Below, one piece after another: positions 35,342 through 45,836 of a stretch of 64,000 nucleotides of DNA. Location of the stretch: positions 32,001 through 96,000 of the IMG/VR virus record IMGVR_UViG_3300033148_006964, one strand, 5' to 3'. Position 1 is the stretch's first letter. Each line of letters begins with the position of its first letter. This DNA is from a virus. A model generated the notes under the pieces. That model had not been told where the DNA came from. It did not search any database and saw only the letters and a program-made list of their open reading frames with translations. The position numbers and the translations under genes were made by a program.

Positions 35342-36967
35342 ATGCAAACGTCTGTCAAAACTACTATTTTAGACAACTCTATTAGTGGAGATAAAATTCA
35401 TGGTGGTGAATTAAGTGGAGGTGGAGTAGCGCCAGGTGTTACTGTGCTTGATCTTGACGACAAATCAATTGCTGTTACTGGTGGTTCTGTAGATGCAGTA
35501 GCATTAGGATGGACTTCGGCGTGTGTAAATCCGTTTTTTTCTGGTGGTATATTTCTTAATGATAGCGTTGGGTATGGTGCTTTGTATATACGCTATAATC
35601 TTGTAACTAGCGCTAAAATAGGCCAAAGTCTTGGATATGGGTATTTAGACTTAGGTATGCCTATGGTTGGCACAAGGATTTATCTTGATGCTAATAGCAG
35701 TAATAATAGTTATATAAATGTTAGCAAGTTAATTGTAGGCGGGACCACACAATATCATGCTGATACAAAACTAGATGTTAAAGGTAATTTCGGTGTTGGT
35801 GGAATCATAATGGCTGACGGGCTTAACTTATATGCCGCTACATTTATCAGGCTTTCAAATGCGGCAGAATTTGCCGATCCTTTAAACCCAGGAAGTTATG
35901 TTAATCTTCAAACTTTTTATACTGATTTTATAGCAGTAGAAACCGATATGAACCTTATTGATTCAAATGTACTTACTTCGTTACAGTCTTTTGGAACTAG
36001 TGGAAATCCTATAGATCAACTATCTAAAATGGGAGGTTCTTTAAGTATTCCATTAGCTAATTGGGGATATTTGGCTGGACTGGATCAACCCTTAGCTAAA
36101 GCGTCTAATCCAACATTTGGTGGCAACCAAATCTCTCATGTAGCTCGTATGGCATATACTAGAGGTTATATAGATGGGTTTATAACAAGATCAAGCAGCG
36201 TAAGTACTAAAAGAATAGATATTTATGCTGGAGAATGCGTTTTTGATCTTGGCGGTCAGACTTATGATAAAGGTGTATTAACTGCTATAAAAACAAAAGC
36301 ATGTATTAATGCCGCAGAAACTGGGTGGGAAAATTGGGTAGATGGTTGGTCTAATGGTGGCATGGCAGTGGGTGCTGACGCTATAGCGGAACATAGAACT
36401 GTGCATATCTTTATGTTGTTTAATCCAACAACACAAGCTGTAAACGCTGGATTTGATACAGATGAAACTGGAATTAATCTATGTAATGTGGGGACAGTTG
36501 CGTATGTAGCTGGATACACTAAGTGCAGACGTATAGGCTCGTTTACTATAGCTAATGCTGCTGCACCTTTTGAAGTGCGTCCTTATTATCAAGTTGGTGA
36601 TAAGTTCTTTTTAGCTTCTTCAGAAATGAGTACTCTTATTAATATGACATCGGCCTATACTGGGATTCGCTTAATAGGAGTGCCGATTGTAAGTGGTATT
36701 ATATTAGATTTATATACGTTCCTTTATAACACATTTGGAACTTCTACAGATGCGTCTTTAACTTTTGCTAACAATACTACTTCTCCTAATTATGAGACTG
36801 AATATCCTATATCTGGTTCGCCAAAAGTTGTAGAGTTCGGATTTTCAGTAAAAGTAGGCATTAATAGCTCTGGGCAGTTTGCGGTAAAGCAAAACGCATC
36901 AGCTAGTCCTTTTAACGCAAAATTTACTTTACAATCATGGACAGATTTACGTGGTAAAGATTTATAA
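35342..36967 (+). CDS. Tail fibre protein
   Basis: Contains the fibre-type module YIDGF...GGM..GA...TVHIFMLFNP...VNAGFDT...GYTKCRRIGSF and ends in WTDLRGKD. Confidence 0.65.
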   Translation: MQTSVKTTILDNSISGDKIHGGELSGGGVAPGVTVLDLDDKSIAVTGGSVDAVALGWTSACVNPFFSGGIFLNDSVGYGALYIRYNLVTSAKIGQSLGYGYLDLGMPMVGTRIYLDANSSNNSYINVSKLIVGGTTQYHADTKLDVKGNFGVGGIIMADGLNLYAATFIRLSNAAEFADPLNPGSYVNLQTFYTDFIAVETDMNLIDSNVLTSLQSFGTSGNPIDQLSKMGGSLSIPLANWGYLAGLDQPLAKASNPTFGGNQISHVARMAYTRGYIDGFITRSSSVSTKRIDIYAGECVFDLGGQTYDKGVLTAIKTKACINAAETGWENWVDGWSNGGMAVGADAIAEHRTVHIFMLFNPTTQAVNAGFDTDETGINLCNVGTVAYVAGYTKCRRIGSFTIANAAAPFEVRPYYQVGDKFFLASSEMSTLINMTSAYTGIRLIGVPIVSGIILDLYTFLYNTFGTSTDASLTFANNTTSPNYETEYPISGSPKVVEFGFSVKVGINSSGQFAVKQNASASPFNAKFTLQSWTDLRGKDL

Positions 36968-36987
36968 CAAATAATGGAGATTTTTTT

Positions 36988-37548
36988 ATGAAACAACCTC
37001 AAGTAGTAAACTTATTAGACGATACGGTAATTGCCATTAGTGGTGATAGCGTAATTGATGATAGCGATCAGCTTCCTCTTGGATCTGATCATAGTGTAAC
37101 TAATATTACTGTAAAAGTCGCGTTACTTAGTCTTAAATCTGGCGGTTCAATGTCAACTTTAACAAATGTTGCAATGACATATGATGGATTAACTGATTTT
37201 TGGGTTATTCAAATAGCAGATTTAGTAAGTACTTTACCAGGTTTTAGTACAGATAGGATTAAATATACAGGTAAAATTAGCGAACCTTCTGGAACAAATG
37301 ATATGAGAGATTTTAAATTAGAAGAGTTTTCTGTAGATAATGATTCATTTGAAGCGTCTTGGATGAGACTTCCTTATGAGGTAGTAGTAAGTGGTGGACA
37401 AGCATGGATGATCTGGTATGAGGATGGTTATATAGGGGTTGCAGGAAGAGAAAAATATAAAGCTCCTGCATATGAAGGTGGAACTGGGACCACTTATGCT
37501 ACTGATCCAGCCAGGATAACTCATCGTGGCGCTATAGTAGATTACTAA
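36988..37548 (+). CDS. Hypothetical virion-associated protein
   Basis: 186 aa ORF in the operon. Confidence 0.6.
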   Translation: MKQPQVVNLLDDTVIAISGDSVIDDSDQLPLGSDHSVTNITVKVALLSLKSGGSMSTLTNVAMTYDGLTDFWVIQIADLVSTLPGFSTDRIKYTGKISEPSGTNDMRDFKLEEFSVDNDSFEASWMRLPYEVVVSGGQAWMIWYEDGYIGVAGREKYKAPAYEGGTGTTYATDPARITHRGAIVDY

Positions 37549-37562
37549 AATAGGATACTTAA

Positions 37563-40500
37563 ATGATTCTAGGGTATACTCATAGTTTAGTTAATCCGGC
37601 AGCTGGAGCTGCAGCCTTTGATTTTGGAACAAAAGCTGTAAGCGAGTATATGGCCTTTTCTGTAGGAACACAATCTACAGACACTAATGGATATTTAAGG
37701 TTGGATCATGACGATTCAATGCCTAATATTAATATAGTAAATAGTGAAATAACTTTTAGTGTCCCTCAAGATAATTATTATGTTGGAATCGGCGATGAAC
37801 TAACTATTACTGACGGTACTACCGTTCAAATAATGTATCTTATCGAAAAAATAACGCCATGGAAGTGGAAAGTAAAAGATAAAAAAGGCTTACCAATAAA
37901 CGATATATCAAGCCTATCTGGATATTATGCAACTGATTTAAATAAAACGTTTAATCATATAAGAAAAGCTGTTGGGACAAATGGAGCTTCTTATAAATTA
38001 GAAACTTCTGATTTAGTAGATAAAGAATTAATACTTAAAATCGTATGTTATGAAATGACAGATACTCGTAATTTTACAATAGATGATAATTGGACTACAA
38101 GCGAAGAATATTATATACATATATTAGTCCCAAATAATACATCAAAAGATTGTAATTCTACGCAACGTCATAATGGAGTGTATGGTGATGGTTTTAAACT
38201 TGTTGTAGGGGCTGCTACTGCAATTGCTAATAATACAGCCGGAACGATAATTGAAGGATTACAGATATATGGATCTGGAGATTATGGAATTAGGCTTAAT
38301 ATAGATGAAGATGTAAAGATTCTTAATAATATTATTCATGGATTTGATCGTGGTATAAGTTCTGAAGTCGCAGAGTCTTCAAGTTCTCATTCTTCAAGTT
38401 CTTTAAATTCTTCAAGTTCCAGTAATTCTAGTTCTAGCTCTTTAAATTCTTCTAGCTCAAGCCTTTCAAGTTCTTCGAGTCCTTCAAGTTCCTCAAGCCT
38501 TTTAAGCTCTTCAAGTTCTTCAAGTTCACCTAGCTCTTCAAGTTCTTCGAGTTCTTCAAATTCTTCAAGTTCTTCAAATTCTTCAAGTTCTTCTGAATCT
38601 TCAAGTTCTTCAAGTTCTTCAAGTTCTTCAAGTTCTTCAAATTCTTCAAGTTCTTCTGAATCTTCGAGTTCTTTAAGTATTTCAAGCTCTTCAAGTTCTT
38701 CTAGCTCTAATTCCCATAGTTCTAGTAGTTCAAGCCCTTCCAGCTCTTCAAACTCTAGTAGCTCGGAATCTTCAAGCTCTTATGAATCAAGTTCCAATAC
38801 TATTATAGCCTGGAATACAATATACGACTGTTTAAATATAGGTATATATATAGGGACGTCTTTGATATATAATAATACAATTCAAAATTGTCCTATTGGA
38901 TATCAAATACATTCTCATAATTCAGAATTAGTTAATAATATAGGACAAGATTGTCTTACTAATGTATTTGATATAGGATCATATACATCTACTCTTGAAA
39001 ATTGTATAAGTGATGATGCGACTGCTATTGGAATTAATTGTTTTATTAATACAACCATATCATTTACAGATAAAACTAATAATAATTTTAAATTAGATAA
39101 TAATTGCAATGTGGCAATAGATAAGGGAAAAGACCTTTCTAATGATTTTGATTATTTATTCAAAGAAGATAATAGCGGAGAGATTCCTGATAACACTTGG
39201 AGCATAGGTTCTTTTCATTATACAAGAAATATAACCTTTTCAGTAGGAGATCTTGCATTAGATTTAAAGAGCGGTGGAAACGCTACTATATCTAATGGGA
39301 TTATTACTTTTTCTGTTCCACAAGTAGACACAGGACTATGCGTAGGTTGTAAAATAACTTTAGCAGCAGTTTCTGAAGATGTCTACCTGGAAGAAAAAAT
39401 AGACACATCTAATTGGAAGGTAAATAATGGAGTTGGAAGCCCTTCTTCCGATCAAGCAGTTCCAAAAGTAGTAAATAGTATAAAATATGCAATAGCAAAT
39501 TTATTAACTGGATTAGAAGATGACGGTTCTGGACACTGTGCTATTATTACACTTACAGGACATTATTATTTATCTTCGTCAGATTTAAAAATACAATTAG
39601 CTTGTGCTGAAGGGGCTTCAGTTGCTACTGTCACGGAAGACCTTCGTACAGATAGAACCAGATATGTTAAAATATTTACACCATATAATACTACAACTCA
39701 ATGCAATGCTACAATGCGACATAGTGGTATTTGGGATGATGATTTATTTAATTCATATCAGATTAGTGTTTCTATGGATAATTTTGTTATTGAAGGACTT
39801 CAAATAGATGGCGCTAGTCCGAGTAGTTATGGGATATATGCAATTGCCGGTAAAGATATTATTATTAAAAATAATATTATAAAAGACGCAGTAATAGCTG
39901 GTATTCGTTTTGATGACAATGATTCTGCAGGTAAAAATGTTATAATAAATAATATTATATATGATAATCAAGGTGATGGCATTAATATTATTCATAATTT
40001 TGGAATTGCAGCTATGGGTACTATGGGAGAACCTAGCGAATTAAGTTCTTCAAGTTCTGAGACATCAGCTCAATCTTCAAGCTCAAGTAGTAGTTCAAAC
40101 TCAAGTAGTAGTTCAAGTTCTTCTATTCTTTCAAGCAGTTCAAGTTCTTCAAGTTCTTCAAATTCCAGTAGTAGTTCAAGCGGTTCAAGTTCTAGTAGTT
40201 CTAGTAATAGTTCAAGTAGTTCTTTAAATTCTTTAAGTTCAAGTAATAGTTCAAGCAGTTCTCTTAATTCATCAAGTTCAAGTAATAGTTCAAGTTCAAG
40301 TAATAGTTCAAGTAGTAATTCCAGTTCATCTAAAAATTCCAGCAGCTCAAGTTCATCTAATAGTTCAAGTTCAGTTAGTTATAATGAATGGAGATTAACT
40401 GCACTGTATAAATCTGCGCTTCCTAACGATTATAGTATAAGTGTTATATCAGGATCGTCACCAGAAATTAATTGGAATTCAAATTCCCTTCAAATAATAT

Positions 40501-43500
40501 CTGATGGAAGAACTCCACAAAGTATTATTGATAACGCTACAGTTAATGGCGAACCATGGGGAACAATAGAAGCTATAGATAATACTACTAATATACAATT
40601 ATTTAGTAGTACTTTATTTAGTGACTTTAATAATTTTCGAGCTGGATCATACGGTTCAATTGATTCTCATTTTTATATATATAATAATACAGTTATTGGA
40701 TGTGATAACGGTATAAATATGGAATCTTTTCCAGAAAGAGCTTATACCAATCATATTGAAGTAAAAAATAATTATTGTGCAGATTCTACAGAATATGATT
40801 ATAAATCTAATTTAGTTAATCCTGCAACAATCAATATAGAATCTTCATGGTCTTCAGATGATACGTTATCAAAAAATTTTAATGGATCTTGGAATGATAT
40901 TAATAAAATTTTAAGATTTAGAGATTTGCCTTTAAAAGATTTTCATATTATACTCGCCGATTCTCTTAGTATGAATAGAGTTTTAAATCTTTCGGCAGAT
41001 ATATACTATAGTTTTGATTTTGATATAGATGATGAGTCCAGGTTATCTAAAAAATGGGATCTAGGAGCTGATAACTATTCCGCATTAAGCGGTAAAGAAG
41101 CTGCATTTTCTATAGGATCTGATTCTACTAATCTTGATGAAAATCCTTCTGGTAGACGGTTTACAGTAAAAGATAGTATAGTAATTTTTAATGAATCTTC
41201 ATTAGGAGATAAGGTCGGAGTTGGTGATAAGATAACATATAATTTTGATTTTTTAAGTTCTTCAAGTTCTTTAAATTCTTCAAGTTCTTCAAGTTCTTCA
41301 AATTCTTCAAGCTCTAATAATTCAGAGTCTTCAAATATTTATAGTTCAAGCAGTTCGCTTTCAAGCAGTTCAAATTCAAGCTCTTCAAGTCTTTCAAGTG
41401 CTTCTAGTTCTTCGAATTCTTCGAGTTCTTCCAGTAATTCTTCAAGTTCTTTAAGTTCTTCAGGATCTTTAAGTTCCTCAAGTTCTGAAAATAGTTCAAG
41501 CTCTGAAAGTTCTTCGAGTCTTGAAAGTTCTGAAAGTTCCAGTAGTGTAGGAACTGGTAGTTTTTATTTAGTAGAAAAAGGTACTGATTATAAATGGAAA
41601 GTTGCTGATAATACAGGTAATGATATTTCAGATATAGACACATTAGCCAATGTAAATCATATTAAAAGGGTAGCCTCCAGTCTTAACTCAGGAATGAATT
41701 TATCCGCTGGTTCCATACAAAATATTATAGGAAGCCAGGATTTAACAGCTGCTTTAATAAATATAGCCAGATTAAGTATTTACTGTTATACTGATACAGG
41801 AGCAGATCTAGGTAATGTTGAAATTAAAAATTGGACTACTGATACAAATCATAAGATAAAAATTGAAGCTCCGTATGATACTTATTCTCAGTGCAATTAC
41901 AGCCAAAAACATGCTGGAATATGGAGTTCTTTAGCTTTTAGAATAGAACCTACTGGAAGCGTAGCCGTAGTAGTAACTAATTCTTATGTATCTATTATAG
42001 GTATGCAGGTAGTACCAAACGACTCTACTGCAGATAACGGTATTATTATAGATGGTGGTTATTCAAATATTATTATAAGAAATAATATTATTAAAGAGGC
42101 TTTTATTGGAATAGCGCACACTACTAATGTAAATAATGCTTTTGTTATCTCTAATACGGTTTACGATACAGATGATCATGGTATAGAAATAAAAAAAGGA
42201 TATGGATTTAATAATACAGTTATTGGTTCGGGAAATATAGGAATTCAAACACCAGCTGCAGCAATTGATTTAATAAATTGTTTAGTTCAAGATTCTACTA
42301 CAACAGATTTTGGTGCGTCTACTTCAATATCTACTTGTATAAGCAGCGATGCAAGCGCTGGTATACTAAATGGATGCAAATCTAATGTAACTGCTGTATT
42401 TGCAGATAAAACTAATAAAGATTTTCATTTAGCTCGATCAGATATACAAGCGTTAGGAATTGGAACAGATTTATCAACTAATTCAAATTATGCTTTTGGA
42501 TACGATATAGATAATGAGCTTATAGACGATCCCTGGGATATAGGGTCTGATTTTAAATCTATTTCAACTATAGATCTATATTTTTCAATAAGTAGAAATT
42601 CTACAGCTGATTTAAAATCTGGAACAACCCCAAAAATAGATATATCAAATGGAATTGCTTATTTTACAGAAGATGGTGAAGAACTGCCTCAAGATGATAT
42701 TGGTTTAGGCGTTGGCAACGTAGTTACCTATGATACTACATTAAAATGTTATTTATATCGTAAGATAACCAGTTCTTCCTGGGAAGTTAGAACTAAATAT
42801 GGAGAAACACCAGACGCAACTGCAGCCCCAGTTGCTTTAAATTCTATAAAACATGTTTTTAATGTAGAAATGCGTTATGTATTAGATTCCAGTGCAAATA
42901 GTTTAAGAGTCTTTTTAGGTGACGCTTCTAACCCATTCGATAATTTATCTGCTGCAAAATATAGAGTATTTATTCCGACTTATCGTAATACTTTTTATAA
43001 TTTATTATCAGTTACTATTTCGGGCTTCACTACTGATCAATATAATTATTTACATGTATTTACTCCGGTTGATATTAATTCATATTGTAATACCTCTCAA
43101 AGGCATCCAGGGCAGTACATATCTTCTGCCACCGCTAGTCAAGCTAGAATAGATGTATCAAGCGGTACTCCTGGTCAGGCTGTTAATATAGCAGATGATT
43201 ATATAAAATTTGAAGGTTTAGAAGTAGTAGGTGGTGCTCCAAATAATGGATTTTTATTAAGTGCAAATTATTGTGTAATTATAAATAATTTAATAGTAGA
43301 TTGTAAAAGAGGGATGGAATTAAGCTCATCCTATAATATTATAATAAATAATATTATTAATAATACGAGCTCTCACGGCATTAATTCTGTTGGTAATAAT
43401 ATTTTTTATAATAATACTGTATATGGATGCACTGTATTTGGCTTTGTCAACCCATCAACTGATACTATTATTAATTGTATTACTCAAGATTGTGGGGCAG

Positions 43501-45677
43501 GTTTTGCTAATAAAACAACTATTGAATCTTGTGTTTCAGAAGACTTAACGGCTGGTAGTAAACGTAATAATTTATCAAGTGTATCTTTAAGTTGGTCTGG
43601 CACTTATCCAGATTTTGAACCAATTAAAACCGATGTGGATGTAAGAGGAAATGCTCAAGTCTTTTTAAATAATGCATATTGGGATTTTTTATTAGATTCT
43701 GTTGGATATATTCGTGGACGCTTATGGGATAGAGGAGCTGTTGAATATAAAACCGTTAAAAAAGTTGTATATGCAGTAGGCACAGACCCTTCAAATTTAA
43801 TAACAAGCGTTGAAACATTACAATGTTCAGTTGCACAAACTGATGGAAGAAGCATTATAACATTTTCTGAAAATCAAATTGATATTAGATTAGGAATAGG
43901 ATGTGTTGTTCAGGTATTAGATCCTTTAGTTTTTCCTGATGGATGTTTATTGCTTGAAAAAATAAGTACAAGTCAATGGTATGTGACCACTTATAAAGGT
44001 GAGATGGTTTCAGTTACAAATGATAAAAATGTGTATTATATTACAAGACCGTTTTCATATTTAAAGTTTGCTTTAACTCAAATCTTTTCATTAGCATACG
44101 GGTATTTAGATGCTACTAATTTAGTAAGCGAAGAGGTTCAGGTAAGTATAGCCTGTTATGATGATTCAAAAAATTATTCCGCTGATATATATAGAGTGGA
44201 TATTCCTGTCATATATTCTGATTGTGATTATTTTTTAAGAATATTTACACCTACTAATGCTAATACAGAATGTAATAAAACACAAAGACATTATGGTAAA
44301 TATTTAGAAACTGGATATAGAATTGATCCAATATACGATACAGTATCTTCATATCAAGATACTATTCGAGGAATAACATGTCATTATTTAGAAATTGAAG
44401 GCTTACAGCTTACGTCTTCATTTGAGCTTTCAGATGGTATAAACTTAACCAGATCTAAAAATATTTATATAAATAGTAATATTATTAAAGGATGTGTAGG
44501 ACATGGAATTAAAATTTTTCCTTCTTCATTACTTTTGAATATTACTAACGATGTTATTGTAAATAATTTAATATATGAGTGTTGGAAAGATGGTATTAAT
44601 TATGGTGCTGATTATTTGGCTTTAGGTGCAATTGCTTATGTTTATAATAATACTATAGTTGATTGTTATCGTGGTATAGTATTAATTAAAGATGATTCGA
44701 TACCTGGCAATTCATTAATAGGTAGAAATAATATATGTCAAAATCCAAATGGTTATGACTATGCTGTAGATTTATTTTCTGCTGGAGGTCAATTTAATTT
44801 ATATAATAATATCAGTATAGATGATTCTCTTGTTAATTATTTAGACTTATTTAATCAACCTGATATTTATATTAATTTTAGAAATAAAACAGAAGAAATT
44901 TTTGATCTTAACAGTACGGATGTAGCTGCTGTTGGAAACGCAACGCCATTGTTTGATGATACAATATCACCGTTTGGTGTTGATATTGCAGGACGTCCAA
45001 GAAGTGAAGATAATTGGGAAATAGGGGCGTTTGAAATAACTGATATAAATTGTGATGAAGCGAATTTAATAATAAATTCAGTTAAACTTGAATCAATAGG
45101 AACATATACAACAGATCCTGTTATTGAAACACTCTACCTTAGAGATGCTGTTGGCGTTGATCCTGATTATAAACCTGGAATAGATCATGGGGTTCAATTT
45201 AAAGCAATATCTGAAATTAATACGTATATTGCGGCAACGCCAGGACAAGACGCTTTTGACCTTATTATATATGTTCAAGGCGGGACTTCTCATGAGGGAA
45301 CTTTTGAATTAGATGATCGTGGAACCCGTACTGTTCTTATAGAAGCAGATCCTGATGATTATTCTTTAGGTATTCCAACTTTAATTTCTCCTGATAGTGA
45401 TGCGTTAATTGATGACGCATCAGTTCAAGATGAGATTACTTTTGAAAATTTAAAACTTAGAAATGTTAATATAGCAGAAGGGGTTGTTGGCACGGTACAA
45501 GACCTTCTCGTTAATAGCACTACAAGTACTACTAATATTATTTTAATTAATTCTATAGCTCAAATAGATGGAAATAAATTAATTAACGGGGCAGACAGAT
45601 GCGATATTGATGTTCTTAATTCTATACTTATATATAGGAATTCTAATAATAGTTCAACGTTGTATTTAACAAATTAA
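37563..45677 (+). CDS. Giant repeat protein: five tandem beta-sandwich plus parallel beta-helix modules with three poly-Ser insertions
   Basis: 2704 aa. Each module has FS(V/I)G...LxEKI...WxV...P...CN..QRH.G...IEGLQ...NNII...YNNT...W(D/E)IG(A/S). Confidence 0.85.
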   Translation: MILGYTHSLVNPAAGAAAFDFGTKAVSEYMAFSVGTQSTDTNGYLRLDHDDSMPNINIVNSEITFSVPQDNYYVGIGDELTITDGTTVQIMYLIEKITPWKWKVKDKKGLPINDISSLSGYYATDLNKTFNHIRKAVGTNGASYKLETSDLVDKELILKIVCYEMTDTRNFTIDDNWTTSEEYYIHILVPNNTSKDCNSTQRHNGVYGDGFKLVVGAATAIANNTAGTIIEGLQIYGSGDYGIRLNIDEDVKILNNIIHGFDRGISSEVAESSSSHSSSSLNSSSSSNSSSSSLNSSSSSLSSSSSPSSSSSLLSSSSSSSSPSSSSSSSSSNSSSSSNSSSSSESSSSSSSSSSSSSSNSSSSSESSSSLSISSSSSSSSSNSHSSSSSSPSSSSNSSSSESSSSYESSSNTIIAWNTIYDCLNIGIYIGTSLIYNNTIQNCPIGYQIHSHNSELVNNIGQDCLTNVFDIGSYTSTLENCISDDATAIGINCFINTTISFTDKTNNNFKLDNNCNVAIDKGKDLSNDFDYLFKEDNSGEIPDNTWSIGSFHYTRNITFSVGDLALDLKSGGNATISNGIITFSVPQVDTGLCVGCKITLAAVSEDVYLEEKIDTSNWKVNNGVGSPSSDQAVPKVVNSIKYAIANLLTGLEDDGSGHCAIITLTGHYYLSSSDLKIQLACAEGASVATVTEDLRTDRTRYVKIFTPYNTTTQCNATMRHSGIWDDDLFNSYQISVSMDNFVIEGLQIDGASPSSYGIYAIAGKDIIIKNNIIKDAVIAGIRFDDNDSAGKNVIINNIIYDNQGDGINIIHNFGIAAMGTMGEPSELSSSSSETSAQSSSSSSSSNSSSSSSSSILSSSSSSSSSSNSSSSSSGSSSSSSSNSSSSSLNSLSSSNSSSSSLNSSSSSNSSSSSNSSSSNSSSSKNSSSSSSSNSSSSVSYNEWRLTALYKSALPNDYSISVISGSSPEINWNSNSLQIISDGRTPQSIIDNATVNGEPWGTIEAIDNTTNIQLFSSTLFSDFNNFRAGSYGSIDSHFYIYNNTVIGCDNGINMESFPERAYTNHIEVKNNYCADSTEYDYKSNLVNPATINIESSWSSDDTLSKNFNGSWNDINKILRFRDLPLKDFHIILADSLSMNRVLNLSADIYYSFDFDIDDESRLSKKWDLGADNYSALSGKEAAFSIGSDSTNLDENPSGRRFTVKDSIVIFNESSLGDKVGVGDKITYNFDFLSSSSSLNSSSSSSSSNSSSSNNSESSNIYSSSSSLSSSSNSSSSSLSSASSSSNSSSSSSNSSSSLSSSGSLSSSSSENSSSSESSSSLESSESSSSVGTGSFYLVEKGTDYKWKVADNTGNDISDIDTLANVNHIKRVASSLNSGMNLSAGSIQNIIGSQDLTAALINIARLSIYCYTDTGADLGNVEIKNWTTDTNHKIKIEAPYDTYSQCNYSQKHAGIWSSLAFRIEPTGSVAVVVTNSYVSIIGMQVVPNDSTADNGIIIDGGYSNIIIRNNIIKEAFIGIAHTTNVNNAFVISNTVYDTDDHGIEIKKGYGFNNTVIGSGNIGIQTPAAAIDLINCLVQDSTTTDFGASTSISTCISSDASAGILNGCKSNVTAVFADKTNKDFHLARSDIQALGIGTDLSTNSNYAFGYDIDNELIDDPWDIGSDFKSISTIDLYFSISRNSTADLKSGTTPKIDISNGIAYFTEDGEELPQDDIGLGVGNVVTYDTTLKCYLYRKITSSSWEVRTKYGETPDATAAPVALNSIKHVFNVEMRYVLDSSANSLRVFLGDASNPFDNLSAAKYRVFIPTYRNTFYNLLSVTISGFTTDQYNYLHVFTPVDINSYCNTSQRHPGQYISSATASQARIDVSSGTPGQAVNIADDYIKFEGLEVVGGAPNNGFLLSANYCVIINNLIVDCKRGMELSSSYNIIINNIINNTSSHGINSVGNNIFYNNTVYGCTVFGFVNPSTDTIINCITQDCGAGFANKTTIESCVSEDLTAGSKRNNLSSVSLSWSGTYPDFEPIKTDVDVRGNAQVFLNNAYWDFLLDSVGYIRGRLWDRGAVEYKTVKKVVYAVGTDPSNLITSVETLQCSVAQTDGRSIITFSENQIDIRLGIGCVVQVLDPLVFPDGCLLLEKISTSQWYVTTYKGEMVSVTNDKNVYYITRPFSYLKFALTQIFSLAYGYLDATNLVSEEVQVSIACYDDSKNYSADIYRVDIPVIYSDCDYFLRIFTPTNANTECNKTQRHYGKYLETGYRIDPIYDTVSSYQDTIRGITCHYLEIEGLQLTSSFELSDGINLTRSKNIYINSNIIKGCVGHGIKIFPSSLLLNITNDVIVNNLIYECWKDGINYGADYLALGAIAYVYNNTIVDCYRGIVLIKDDSIPGNSLIGRNNICQNPNGYDYAVDLFSAGGQFNLYNNISIDDSLVNYLDLFNQPDIYINFRNKTEEIFDLNSTDVAAVGNATPLFDDTISPFGVDIAGRPRSEDNWEIGAFEITDINCDEANLIINSVKLESIGTYTTDPVIETLYLRDAVGVDPDYKPGIDHGVQFKAISEINTYIAATPGQDAFDLIIYVQGGTSHEGTFELDDRGTRTVLIEADPDDYSLGIPTLISPDSDALIDDASVQDEITFENLKLRNVNIAEGVVGTVQDLLVNSTTSTTNIILINSIAQIDGNKLINGADRCDIDVLNSILIYRNSNNSSTLYLTN
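38376..38795 (+). repeat. Poly-serine tract 4 (140 codons)
   Basis: Interrupts the beta-helix of module A. Confidence 0.95.
40044..40373 (+). repeat. Poly-serine tract 5 (110 codons, N-punctuated)
   Basis: Interrupts the beta-helix of module B. Richer in AGT/AAT (TCAAGTAGT, AGTAATAGT) than the other tracts. Confidence 0.95.
41256..41546 (+). repeat. Poly-serine tract 6 (97 codons)
   Basis: Interrupts the N-terminal subdomain of module C. Confidence 0.95.
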
Positions 45678-45702
45678 TTGTAAATTGAAAGTAAATTAAA
45701 AT

Positions 45703-45774
45703 ATGGCTAATTATTATGTAGATTTCAGTTCTGGCAAACCTGGATGCGCCAATATAGTTATCATTAATAAATAG
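45703..45774 (+). pseudogene. Possible truncated gene remnant (MANYYVDFSSGKPG...)
   Basis: 23-codon ORF whose start resembles the YYVD N-termini of beta-helix proteins. It lies between two beta-helix genes. Confidence 0.35.
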
Positions 45775-45836
45775 GCTATATTAGATATTATAATAAAGAT
45801 TTGGGATCAGTTGAGTTAAATTAAGGTGAGATTAAA

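Noticed and set aside
195-36967. Extracellular contractile injection system or tailocin rather than a phage
   Set aside because: A portal gene, ribonucleotide reductase, sigma factor and VRR-NUC in the same gene-dense context point to a genuine large phage.
30232-41546. Ser-tract repeats as a CRISPR or TIGR-type array
   Set aside because: The units are degenerate 9-mers in frame within long ORFs, with no constant repeat and unique spacer periodicity and no cas-like genes.
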